Shown: one piece after another, positions 12,696-22,732 of the stretch
Position numbering within the stretch: the stretch's first letter is position 1
How the letters are laid out: every line of letters begins with the position of its first letter
From: Fonticula alba ATCC 38817
Taxonomy: Eukaryota > Protista > Nucleariida
Direction: 5' to 3' (one strand)
Length of the DNA: 64,000 bases
NCBI GenBank assembly: GCA_000388065.2
Contig: KB932206.1
Translations under genes and position numbers: made by a program
Notes under the pieces: generated by a model
Told to the model about the DNA's origin: nothing
The model's input: the letters and a program-made list of their open reading frames with translations, nothing else
Database searches by the model: none

Positions 12696-14869
12696 TCAGC
12701 TGCTGCTGGATGAGGTGCGAGTTGCCGCCCACGGTGTCCGACAGGGAGAGGGCGCCGGAAGCGGCACGGCGCTTGACCGACACCTTGCGCAGGCGGTCGC
12801 TCCGATCGCGCTCCGACTTGGCCGTGGCCAGGATCCGCTGGGGGAAGTTGTCCGCCCCATCGAAGTCCATGCCGAAGTGGTCGTACACTCGACGCACGGT
12901 GCCCACCGGGTCGGCGCTCATGTCGACCAGCTCGATGTCGAAGAAGTGCTTGCGGTCCAGCTCGGGCCCGAGCTTGTCGCGCAAGTCCATCAGCCGGTTG
13001 GCCATGTTCAGCAGCATCTTGTACGTGAGCACGGCATAGGGCGGGCCCAGGTCGCGATCGTCCGGCTGGTAGATGGACAGCTGGGAGGCGAGAGCGGGAG
13101 AGGGCGAGGAGGAGGATGGTGGGGGGGGGGGGGAAAGACAGCATGAGTTGGTGTCAGTATGCATGGCCGAGGAGGGGGGGAGAGAAGCAGAGGGGAGGAA
13201 GGCCGGCCGCAATCCGGCAGCAAGTCCGTCCCCAGCAAGACGAGCAGCGCACCATCTGCACTTGGAACTTGGTCCAGGAAGCCAAGACATAGCGCGGGTC
13301 GCGGTGGGTGTTGACCGCCCGCAGATCGGGGAACTCATTGAACAGGGCCTCCGGATAGAGAGAGTGCACCGGAGCCTTGAGAACCCAGTGGGAGACTGGC
13401 TCGTACTGGTATGCCAGCAGCTGGAGGAAGAGCCGGAAGTACCGGTACAGGTAGGCCTTGTTGTTGGGGTCCATGAACCAATCCTGTGACACGTGGGCCG
13501 GGCGCCGAGGGGGGGGGGGGNNNNNNNNNNNNNNNNNNNNNNNNNNNNNNNNNNNNNNNNNNNNNNNNNNNGGCGGGGGCAGAGGGAGGGGGGGGGGGGG
13601 GGGGACCGGAGAGTCGATATCAGCGGGAGTCAGCAAGAGAAGCAAGCTTGAAGAGGGGCAGAGAGGGACGAAGAGGGGGGAAGGAGCACGCACATGGAAG
13701 GCGCTGTCTTCGCCGGCAAGGAAGTAATGCGAGAAGAGAGCCACACCATGCTGCAAGATGAGCAACTCCTCCTCGATGCCGTAACCACGAATCTCATGGA
13801 ACTCAGCCAGCGCGGTGAAGTAGTCCGGGCTGATGATTCCCAGGGACTGGAGCGAGGTGTCCACCAGCCGGGCACGATCGTCAGTCAGGTAGGTGTCCCG
13901 CTTGGGGGGCGGAACCGGCAGGTTCATCTCCCAGAAGCGGAGATGGCGCGCGCGCGGATCCGCCGCCAGAAGGTGCTGCAGGAAGGTCGACCCGGTCCGA
14001 GGGAGGCCGAGAATCATGAGCGGGGCACGGATGCGGATCTGAAGTCATCCCCCGGGCGTAGGGCAGCAGATGCCAGGTGAGTGGATGCACGCGCAGGAGA
14101 TGGTCGGGGGGCGGAGACAGCGAGACAGCGAGACAGCGAGACAGCGAGAGGAGGGGGGAGGATCGGAGGGGGGGGGCGTGACGCACGTTCTGGATCTCCG
14201 GGTGCTGGTTGATGTAACGATGGACAACATAGCGCGTGTCGAAGTTGCCGGACAGCCAGTTGGACACCAGCAGGCGGCCGGTAGCCGTCAAACGATGGGC
14301 CGTTTGGCGGGCCGGGTCCACCGGCGGGAAGCCAGGGGCATCGATGCCGCACGGGTTCTCCGGGTCCACCGGGTCCAGCATGCCGCGCAGGAAGAGGAGC
14401 GCCGCGTCGGCGCTGTGGTCTCCATCGATGGCACCCTCGCGCACGGCGCGCTCCGCACGCAGGTGCGTCAACCTGGGGGGGGGGGTGGGGGGGGGGGGAG
14501 AGGGGGGGTCGGCGCCCGGGAGGAGCACCAGCGGAGGCAGGGAGAAGGAAAAGGCAGGGCGTGGGGGGGGAGTGTCAGAGACAAACGGCCACAGACGCCA
14601 GAACACCCCGTGAAGGGACCGATGGCAGGGGAGCCTCACACGCACTTAATGGGCAGCGGCAGTAGGGGGGATTGCATGCGCTTGGGCTTGGCGAGAGACG
14701 CCGGAAGGTAGCGTGCCAGGAATGCATCGATCTTGTTGATGACATGGAAAAGGTAGGCAATCTTGGGCCCTTCGATGGTCTTTGGCCGGACAGGCTTGCG
14801 GCTGGGAGAAGACCGGAGAAGGGTCAGGGGGGAGGGGGAGCGGGCCTTTTTTGTCAGCGCCCACGGGAG

Positions 14870-14913
<44 letters not shown>

Positions 14914-15341
14914 GACGCGGGGAAGGCGAGGGGCCGGGGGCGGGGGGCCGGAACCAAGGAGGAGGCAAATGCTGGACGGCCGGATGAGAGGGGCCACGAC
15001 GTACGGGATGTAGTCCAGAACGCGGTTGAGCAGAAGCACCAGCGGGGTGACGGCCCGCACGAACACCGACATGGCGTACGGGTTGACCAGGTCCAGATCG
15101 CTGCCGTCCTGGACCTGCTCGTTGCCGAGCACCGCGCGGAAAACCCGGGTGTTGGTCACCCGACGAGTCAGGCGCCGCAGGGCGCCGGAGGGAACTCGAA
15201 TCGGCGAGTAGGGAACACTGCGCGTGAAGAGCTTGTACAGCACCAACACGGCCACAAGACCGAGAACAATGTGCTGGTGTCATGCGGCCACGGTGGTGAT
15301 CGCGAGGGGGGGGGGGAGGGAACGGCAAGAAAGACGAGGCA

Positions 15342-15379
<38 letters not shown>

Positions 15380-15847
15380 CAAGGGACGGGGGCACCGAGT
15401 CAGCGGGCGACAAAAGGACAGAGGGTGGACAGTGCCAGGACAAGGCCACATGGCACGTACCCGGCTGAAGCACCACCACAGGAAGACCGGCACGCCGTAG
15501 CTGACGCAGAGGCGGAAAAAGGCGGCGTCGACATCGCTGTCATGGAGGCTGGCGAAGACGTATGCCAGGAGCGGGAGCTGCGTCAGGAAGGGAGGCATGC
15601 CACCGACCGTGGTCAGCCAGGCCCAGAAGAGTGTTTGCAGCCGGGTCGGCGTGGCGGATCCCAGCAGGGCGGCCACCTCGCCGGTCGGGGCGAGCACCCC
15701 GCCGGCGGCCGCCTGGCTGCCGAGGCAGCTGGCCACACGGCTGGGATCCAGAGACAGGACACCGCTGATGCCCCGGGAGCAGGCTGATGTGCAGAGCTGC
15801 AAACAGTCGGCCGCCAACTCGGCGGCCACTTCGGCGGTACTACTCAT
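12043..15847 (-). CDS. Sulfotransferase, bacterial-type Sulfotransfer_3-like, with N-terminal hydrophobic segments; 7 exons, ~903 aa
   Basis: Exons 15847-15461, 15273-15005, 14801-14646, 14472-14187, 14038-13694, 13483-13253 and 13080-12043 are in phase. PAPS-binding 5'-PSB loop ILGLPRTGSTFLQHLLAADP, then LRFWE, WVLKAPVH, 3'-PB HRDPRYVLAS, DPVGTVRRVYDHFG and C-terminal YGIDELRMEHDFARY. The frame is open into the N-gap at 15862, so the true start could be further upstream. Confidence 0.85.
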
Positions 15848-17262
15848 GGGGTCGAGGGTGGNNNNNNNNNNNNNNNNNNNNNNNNNNNNNNNNNNNNNNN
15901 NNNNNNNNNNNNNNNNNNNNNNNNNNNNNNNNNNNNNNNNNNNNNNNNNNNNNNNNNNNNNNNNNNNNNNNNNNNNNNNNNNNNNNNNNNNNNNNNNNNN
16001 NNNNNNNNNNNNNNNNNNNNNNNNNNNNNNNNNNNNNNNNNNNNNNNNNNNNNNNNNNNNNNNNNNNNNNNNNNNNNNNNNNNNNNNNNNNNNNNNNNNN
16101 NNNNNNNNNNNNNNNNNNNNNNNNNNNNNNNNNNNNNNNNNNNNNNNNNNNNNNNNNNNNNNNNNNNNNNNNNNNNNNNNNNNNNNNNNNNNNNNNNNNN
16201 NNNNNNNNNNNNNNNNNNNNNNNNNNNNNNNNNNNNNNNNNNNNNNNNNNNNNNNNNNNNNNNNNNNNNNNNNNNNNNNNNNNNNNNNNNNNNNNNNNNN
16301 NNNNNNNNNNNNNNNNNNNNNNNNNNNNNNNNNNNNNNNNNNNNNNNNNNNNNNNNNNNNNNNNNNNNNNNNNNNNNNNNNNNNNNNNGGAACGCCGCGA
16401 ACGGCCGCCTCTGGGGCACACACGGCTGCAGGCGGCTGAAAGGGTGACGGTTGGCAGTCCGACCGTCCCGCCAGACCCGGCGGACACCACCGCGGCCGCT
16501 ACCTACGTGCCTCCGCGTACATCTCGGTCAGTGGCCAGCGCCGCCGGGCGCCTCGTCGCGCGGACAGGCGGCCACGATCGCCGCCGATCCCGAACACACC
16601 GCAAGAGGGGCCGCAGGAGGGGGGCGAGGGGGGGCCGCCCGGGAGGCGCCCCCGCCAGCCTGGCGTGCGCGAAGCAGCGGCCACCAACCCGCGCCGGGCC
16701 CGAGGAGCGCCCTCGGAGTGCCGAGGCCGAGTGCGCAAGCCAAGGACCGACCGGCTCCAGGGCAGGCCACCCATCCCGAGGGGAGCCAACCATGTGGTGT
16801 CCCCGCGCACGAACGCGCACGCGGCCCAGACACTCCGGCGCTGCGTGAGGCTTCCTTTCCCCGGTGGCGACTGGGCATCCGGCGCGACATCTCTTTGGCC
16901 CCCCCCCCCCCCCCCATCCGCGGACCTGGGCACAACACACCCCCATGCGCCTCCGTGCGCAACAGCCCCCACAAGAAGCCGGGGGGAGGGGGGGGCCGTA
17001 GTCAACAAACAAGCGTCAGCCCCGCGGGCGCGCGTTGCTTGATCGTCCCGGAGGCCGGGGGCTGGGGGCCGTCCTGCCAGCCCCCCACTCTCGGGGGGGC
17101 GATCGGCCCCACCCTGGCCCCCTCCTCGCCCGGCCAAGTGTACACGACGCCTGCCCCCCCCCCCGCCTGCCGCCTGCCGCCTGCCGCCTCCTATCACCCT
17201 CTGAGCGAGACGCCGTGAGATCATCCTTAACCCTGGCCGGATGACCGCACGCCCGGATGAAG

Positions 17263-17272
17263 TTTATATAAT
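17263..17272 (-). promoter_or_regulatory. Possible TATA box (TATATAAA on the minus strand) in the divergent interval between the sulfotransferase and RanGAP
   Basis: An isolated AT-rich TTTATATAAT in very GC-rich intergenic DNA, next to a (CCG)n tract. It is ~1.4 kb from the sulfotransferase ATG. Motif match only. Confidence 0.25.
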
Positions 17273-17277
17273 CCGGC

Positions 17278-17319
<42 letters not shown>

Positions 17320-19180
17320 AACAGCCGGAGCACAGCAACCGAGAGGAGGCTGCCCCTGCCGGCGGCGCACCCATCGCGCCGCTCCCTCGACGAGATCCAC
17401 GATCGGAGCGCACGGCCAGCGGAGAATGCGCCGGCTCGGGCCCCGAGCGCTTCTCCCCTGCGCACATGCCTCGGGGGGGAACAAAATATATGGCCTGATT
17501 TTCGTCCGACCAGCCGGCTCGCCCGCCCCACCGGGCCCTGGCCGGAGAAACAAGCCCGCATCATATGGAGCCGGCGCGGGGGGGGGGGGGGGGGCGCGGC
17601 ACCCTGCCTGGCCCCCACGCACGCCGGCAGCAAGACCACATGCTCCTGAGCCGCGCTCACCACCAAGGTGGGCGGAGGCCGGGTCGGGGGCGCTTCCCGG
17701 TGCGATATTCCGGACCGGGGAAGGTCGGCCGGCGAAGGAGCCTAGGCTGCCCGGGGGCGCAGAGTGCCGCCTGACACCGAAGCCAGCCCGAGCCTCGGTC
17801 CCAAGTATGGTGCCGAGCCGGGACGGCGGCGGAGAAGACAGGGCCGGCCTAGGCCGCCCTGTGCACCCCCCGCCCGGAAGCCCCCGCCCACTCCGCCGGC
17901 TTCTCTTTGCAGGGCGGGCCCGCGCCACACCCAGCAACGCACAGAGGGCCCCCGGCCGGTGCGGCGAGGAGGAGGCGGGGTGAAACTCGCTTCGATCTCG
18001 GACACCCACGAGCACGACCCGCTGGGCGTGCCCCCGCCCCGGTCAAGGGTGTGACCGGCCTGGGCCCCGCATCTCTCCGGGGCACGCCATGGTGGCAGAT
18101 CGGCCGCGGCGGTCTGATCACCATCGCGCGGGTACCGGCAGGCGTGGTGGTTATTTTTCACGCGGGCCCTGGGACTGGGCCCGTCGGCTCCGGTGCGGTT
18201 TCCCCTTCGGCTGGCCACCCCCGGCCGGCCTCGTCGCTTCCTCTGTCTCTCTCTCTCTCTCTCTCGCCCTCCACTTTGGCCTGGCATCTTCGCCGGCGCC
18301 CTCGGGAGCCATCCTCCCGGGGGCGCCTATACAGGCTGGGAAGGTCAAGCCCAGCCCAGCCCGGCTCCCCGCCCCCATACACAGGCGGCCACCCCAACCG
18401 GTTGCCCCTCCAGGTCCGGGTCGTCTAGTTTCCCGCCGCAGGGATCACGCCCCTTTGGTAGCTACACGGAAGGACATTGCCAGATCACGTACATTGGTGA
18501 TCAGTTAACTCAAATGCACATGCGTTGGGAGTGCCCCGCTCCGATCCCGCCTCGCATTCCCCCAGCCCCCCCGCCCCCGCGAGTGTGCCCTCGGCCTGCG
18601 CATGAGCGCGCGCACTTTCGCGCGGGAATCCTGCTGGCGCCCGCGCAGCCTCGAGGGTCGGTTCGGGGCGTGTCGGCCAGCGCTCCCCGGGGGCCAGCGC
18701 TCTCAGGCCCACGCTCGCCCTTGATGTCCCCCCCCAGCCCCCCAGCCCCCTCCTCTTCCCTGGGTGGCGGCTGCCAGGGGACACAGCCACCTGTGTGCGC
18801 GCACTGGCACGTCCCGCATCCCGCCGGACGCCTGCTCCACCCCGCCCGGGCCCCCGCCCGGCCTCCCCATGTTACGTACCGAAATGTAGGGATGCCCCGA
18901 CAAGGCGGCGCGTTTCTCCACATTTGGCCCACTTGTGACGTGTGGCGTGGAAGGGGGGGGCTATCGGGGAGGGGGGGAGGGGGGGGGGGGGGACACCCTG
19001 GGTCGGCTCCCCCCTCCCAACGATGCTGGCGCATGCTTGCCCGGAAGGAGCCGTCTCAAAAGGCACAGGCCAGGAGCCTCGAGCGTCCGTGGCCGCCCCC
19101 CACCCCCCTCCTCCCCCTCCCCCTCCCCCACCACCCCTCCTCCCCTTGTCTGCCTCCCTCGACCCTCGAAACCCGCCACC

Positions 19181-21553
19181 ATGGCTCTGATCGAGTACTC
19201 CATCGCCCAGAAGCAGCTTAAGGTACGGCCGGACCTCCGCACCCTCCCCTCCGGGCCCCTTTGCGCCGACCCGTCTCACCTGCTTCTTCAACCCCCCCCC
19301 CCCCCTGCCTCCGCNNNNNNNNNNNNNNNNNNNNNNNNNNNNNNNNNNNNNNNNNNNNNNNNNNNNNNNNNNNNNNNNNNNNNNNNNNNNNNNNNNNNNN
19401 NNNNNNNNNNNNNNNNNNNNNNNNNNNNNNNNNNNNNNNNNNNNNNNNNNNNNNNNNNNNNNNNNNNNNNNNNNNNNNNNNNNNNNNNNNNNNNNNNNNN
19501 NNNNNNNNNNNNNNNNNNNNNNNNNNNNNNNNNNNNNNNNNNNNNNNNNNNNNNNNNNNNNNNNNNNNNNNNNNNNNNNNNNNNNNNNNNNNNNNNNNNN
19601 NNNNNNNGCACATACATGCAGGAGGCCGACTTTTCCGACATGTTCACCGGGCGCCTGCGCACCGAGATCCCCCCCTCGCTGGAGCACCTGTGCGGGGCCC
19701 TCAAGTCGCAGAAGGCCCTGCGCATGCTGAATGTCTCGGACAATGCCGTTGGCCTGACCGGCGTCCAGGCCATGGCCCCGCTGCTGCGCGAGCACCGCAC
19801 CCTCGAGCGCCTGTACATCACCAACTGCGGCCTCGGCCCGGCCGGCGGGTCTGGCCTGGCGGACGCCCTGCGCGGGATGATTGCCCCGGACGGCTCGTGC
19901 GCCCTGCGCATCCTCTACTGCAGCCGCAACCGCCTGGAGAATGTGGCCGCCGCGCGGATGGGCGAGACCTTCGCCGCGCTCAAGTCCCTGCGGGAGGTTC
20001 GCCTCTTCCAGAATGGCATCCGGCCGTTCGGCATCTCGCGCCTGATCCTGGGCCTGGCGCACAACCCGGAGCTCCTGCGCCTGGACCTCGAGGACAACCT
20101 CATCCGGTATGCCGGCGCGCGCTTTGTGGCGCGCGCCCTCGAGGCCGGCTGCTGGCCCAACCTGGCGTCCCTGATCTTGGGCGACTGCATGGTCGGCTCG
20201 CGGGGCACCGAGCGCATCGTGCGCGCCCTGGCCACCAAGGCCCCGGCCCCCACCGCCACCACCACGGCCACCGCGCTCCCCACCCCGGAGGAGGGGCAGG
20301 TTGTCTCGCTGGAGAGCCTGGTCGGCACCGAGTATGCCGGTCTCCGCGAGCTGAACCTCGCCTATGCTGAGGCCAGCCCGACCGCCCTGGCCGGCCTGCC
20401 GGAGCTCCTGCGCGTCCATCCGCTGCTCAGTTCGCTGGTCCTCTCGGGCAACGAGCTGAAGGCCGATACCCTTGCCGGTGCGTGGTCCTCCTTTTTCCTT
20501 CTTTTTCCTCCTTCGCGTGCATGCCTCTGCTGGCTTTCCTTTTTCCATGTCTCCTCCCGCCCCCCCCTTCCTCCGTGGCTGACCGTGCTTCGGCTCTCGT
20601 GCCGCCCCTTTTTTTTGACCGATGGCTCCGGCCAACATGCACGCACGCACGCACGCACACACGCACNNNNNNNNNNNNNNNNNNNNNNNNNNNNNNNNNN
20701 NNNNNNNNNNNNNNNNNNNNNNNNNNNNNNNNNNNNNNNNNNNNNNNNNNNNNNNNNNNNNNNNNNNNNNNNNNNNNNNNNNNNNNNNNNNNNNNNNNNN
20801 NNNNNNNNNNNNNNNNNNNNNNNNNNNNNNNNNNNNNNNNNNNNNNNNNNNNNNNNNNNNNNNNNNNNNNNNNNNNNNNNNNNNNNNNNNNNNNNNNNNN
20901 NNNNNNNNNNNNNNNNNNNNNNNNNNNNNNNNNNNNNNNNNNNNNNNNNNNNNNNNNNNNNNNNNNNNNNNNNNNNNNNNNNNNNNNNNNNNNNNNNNNN
21001 NNNNNNNNNNNNNNNNNNNNNNNNNNNNNNNNNNNNNNNNNNNNNNNNNNNNNNNNNNNNNNNNNNNNNNNNNNNNNNNNNNNNNNNNNNNNNNNNNNNN
21101 NNNNNNNNNNNNNNNNNNNNNNNNNNNNNNNNNNNNNNNNNNNNNNNNNNNCGCACGCACACACGCACGCACACACGCACGCACACACGCACGCACACAC
21201 GCACACACGCGCGCACGCACACACGCACACACGCACACACGCACGCATGCATGTCCCCTCCCGGCTGTCCGCCCCCCGTGCCCCTTTCACCTTTCCCCCT
21301 CACAGCCATCCGCGCCGTCGTGCGTGACATGACCTGCCCGGAGCTGCTCAACTATTCCGACGATGAGGATAGCGAGGCCGATTCCGACGAGGGGTCCGAC
21401 TCGGACTCCGACTCCGGCTCCGACTCCGAGGATGATGATGCCGGCTCCGAGGCCTTCACCGATGACTCGGATGACATCTACGCCGCCGGGACCACTGCCG
21501 CCGGGACCGCCACCACCGAGCTGGAGTCCGCCCTGGAGAAGCTGTCCATCTGA
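19181..21553 (+). CDS. RANGAP1: Ran GTPase-activating protein (LRR domain plus acidic tail, Rna1-type); model interrupted by N-gaps
   Basis: MALIEYSIAQKQLK exon (19181-19222), then FSDMFTGRLRTEIP, LNVSDNAVG, CSRNRLEN (GRNRLEN motif), LFQNGIR, LDLEDN and LILGDC (19608-20477). Last exon 21306-21553 is Asp/Glu/Ser-rich and ends ELESALEKLSI. Part of the first LRR is probably hidden in gap 19315-19607. Confidence 0.9.
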   Translation: MALIEYSIAQKQLKVRPDLRTLPSGPLCADPSHLLLQPPPPPASXXXXXXXXXXXXXXXXXXXXXXXXXXXXXXXXXXXXXXXXXXXXXXXXXXXXXXXXXXXXXXXXXXXXXXXXXXXXXXXXXXXXXXXXXXXXXXXXXXXTYMQEADFSDMFTGRLRTEIPPSLEHLCGALKSQKALRMLNVSDNAVGLTGVQAMAPLLREHRTLERLYITNCGLGPAGGSGLADALRGMIAPDGSCALRILYCSRNRLENVAAARMGETFAALKSLREVRLFQNGIRPFGISRLILGLAHNPELLRLDLEDNLIRYAGARFVARALEAGCWPNLASLILGDCMVGSRGTERIVRALATKAPAPTATTTATALPTPEEGQVVSLESLVGTEYAGLRELNLAYAEASPTALAGLPELLRVHPLLSSLVLSGNELKADTLAGAWSSFFLLFPPSRACLCWLSFFHVSSRPPLPPWLTVLRLSCRPFFLTDGSGQHARTHARTHAXXXXXXXXXXXXXXXXXXXXXXXXXXXXXXXXXXXXXXXXXXXXXXXXXXXXXXXXXXXXXXXXXXXXXXXXXXXXXXXXXXXXXXXXXXXXXXXXXXXXXXXXXXXXXXXXXXXXXXXXXXXXXXXXXXXXXXXXXXXXXXXXXXXXXXXXXXXXXXXXXXRTHTRTHTRTHTRTHTRTHARTHTRTHAHTHACMSPPGCPPPVPLSPFPLTAIRAVVRDMTCPELLNYSDDEDSEADSDEGSDSDSDSGSDSEDDDAGSEAFTDDSDDIYAAGTTAAGTATTELESALEKLSI
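21151..21250. repeat. (CGCA)/(CA) alternating purine-pyrimidine microsatellite. Similar tracts at ~132-165, 311-352, 11826-11941, 20639-20666 and 59638-59712; (GA)n at 8281-8327, 14872-14909 and 40370-40510
   Basis: Read directly. Mostly intronic or intergenic, often flanking N-gaps. Confidence 0.9.
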
Positions 21554-21980
21554 CAACCGAGCGGGTGATCTCCCTTTGCTTGCCGTTGTTCTGCGTCCAT
21601 CCCCCAGTCCCCCTCGTGCGCGCGCGCCCTGTCCTAGATGCTTCGAGGGGGAGGGGGGGAAAAAAAAAAACCTCAAAAACCCAAATACGACTCCCCCCTC
21701 CCACCCAATCCATGCCCTTGTGCTGTCGTGTCCCTCCCCGGCGTTCCGGGCTCTTTTTCCCTGGATCTTCATTCCGACGCCTGTGCTCTCCTTCTTCTTT
21801 TTTTTGCCCCATCCCTCCGCCCCTGTTTGCCTCTGTCTCTCTCTCTCTCTCTCCCTGGCGCCCCTGCGCTCTGGTGTATGGCCTCGCGCGGGGGGCGCCG
21901 ATGTACATGTGCACGGCTGCGTGTATGGGGCATTGGAAATGTGATTGGGCGGGCCATCGATTGGCCCGGCGGTCCGTTGC

Positions 21981-22732
21981 TCATGCACGCTCCCCGAGGA
22001 AGTCCATGTGGTAGAGAATGGTCCGCCCGTAGAAGTCCGCCGGACGATCTAGCTGCAAGGTGACCCCCACACAGGCCGGGGCCCCGGAAGCGGCTGTCAA
22101 ATCCAGCCGGGCCAGGTCGGCGGGCAGTGGCCCGGCCTCCGCCTCGGGAAGATGCCCATACACCAGAGGAAGGGTCTGGGGGGTGCTTCGATCGGCCGGG
22201 TAGACCAAAGCATGGACCAGACGCAAGCCCCCGGTGTCGGTGGGCACGGCAAAGAACAGGCGAATGCGCGAGCAGGAGAAGCCCCCCTGGAAGGTAAGCT
22301 GCACGTGCGTCAGGCGAACCGGCGTGGCAAAGGACGCCTGGATCAGGTGCGTCTTCTCCTGGGAGAGGTTGTGAGAGTGGCATTAGTGGCAAGGGTGGCG
22401 AGCGGGGGGGGCGGGGGGGGGCGGAGGGGGCGGAGGTCGGGATCTGTGTAGAGCAATGACACGGGTGTGGCTCGGGCGTACAGGCAGCGATTGCCAGCAG
22501 GCGGTGCTGGCCCGGTCCAGGACGCTCTGGCTGGCCTGCGTGGAGGTTTGGCCCTCGGAGTACGAGGAAAAGCTGGCGGGTGGGGGAGCATGCGGCGGCC
22601 GGTTGGTGGTTAGGGCTCCGAGCCGGCCGGGTGGCCTGGGCGGGGGACAAATGCGGCCTGCAGCACGCACCGAAGCGGCCGGGACAGGAGAGTCCCCTGG
22701 CTCTGGGAGAGTATCCCGAGTGGACTGGCCAT
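21981..22732 (-). CDS. NR2C2AP: NR2C2AP/TRA16-like protein (galactose-binding-like fold), 3 exons, ~176 aa
   Basis: Exons 22732-22671, 22572-22482 and 22358-21981 are in phase. RFSS, ACWQS, VQLTFQGGFSC, VYPADRSTPQTLP and DFYGRTILYHMDFLGE match remembered family motifs (RVSS, CWNS, IQFQGGFS, FYPEDNNSLQTF, DFFGRVVIYHL). Confidence 0.8.

Noticed and set aside
15862-16388. ORFs consisting mainly of X residues
   Set aside because: Artefacts of translating through N-gaps.
16389-19180. ORFs in the divergent intergenic regions (also 22733-25190, 33100-34815, 43751-44875 and 59466-61088)
   Set aside because: Pro/Gly/Arg-rich translations with no recognisable motifs; consistent with promoter or UTR DNA.
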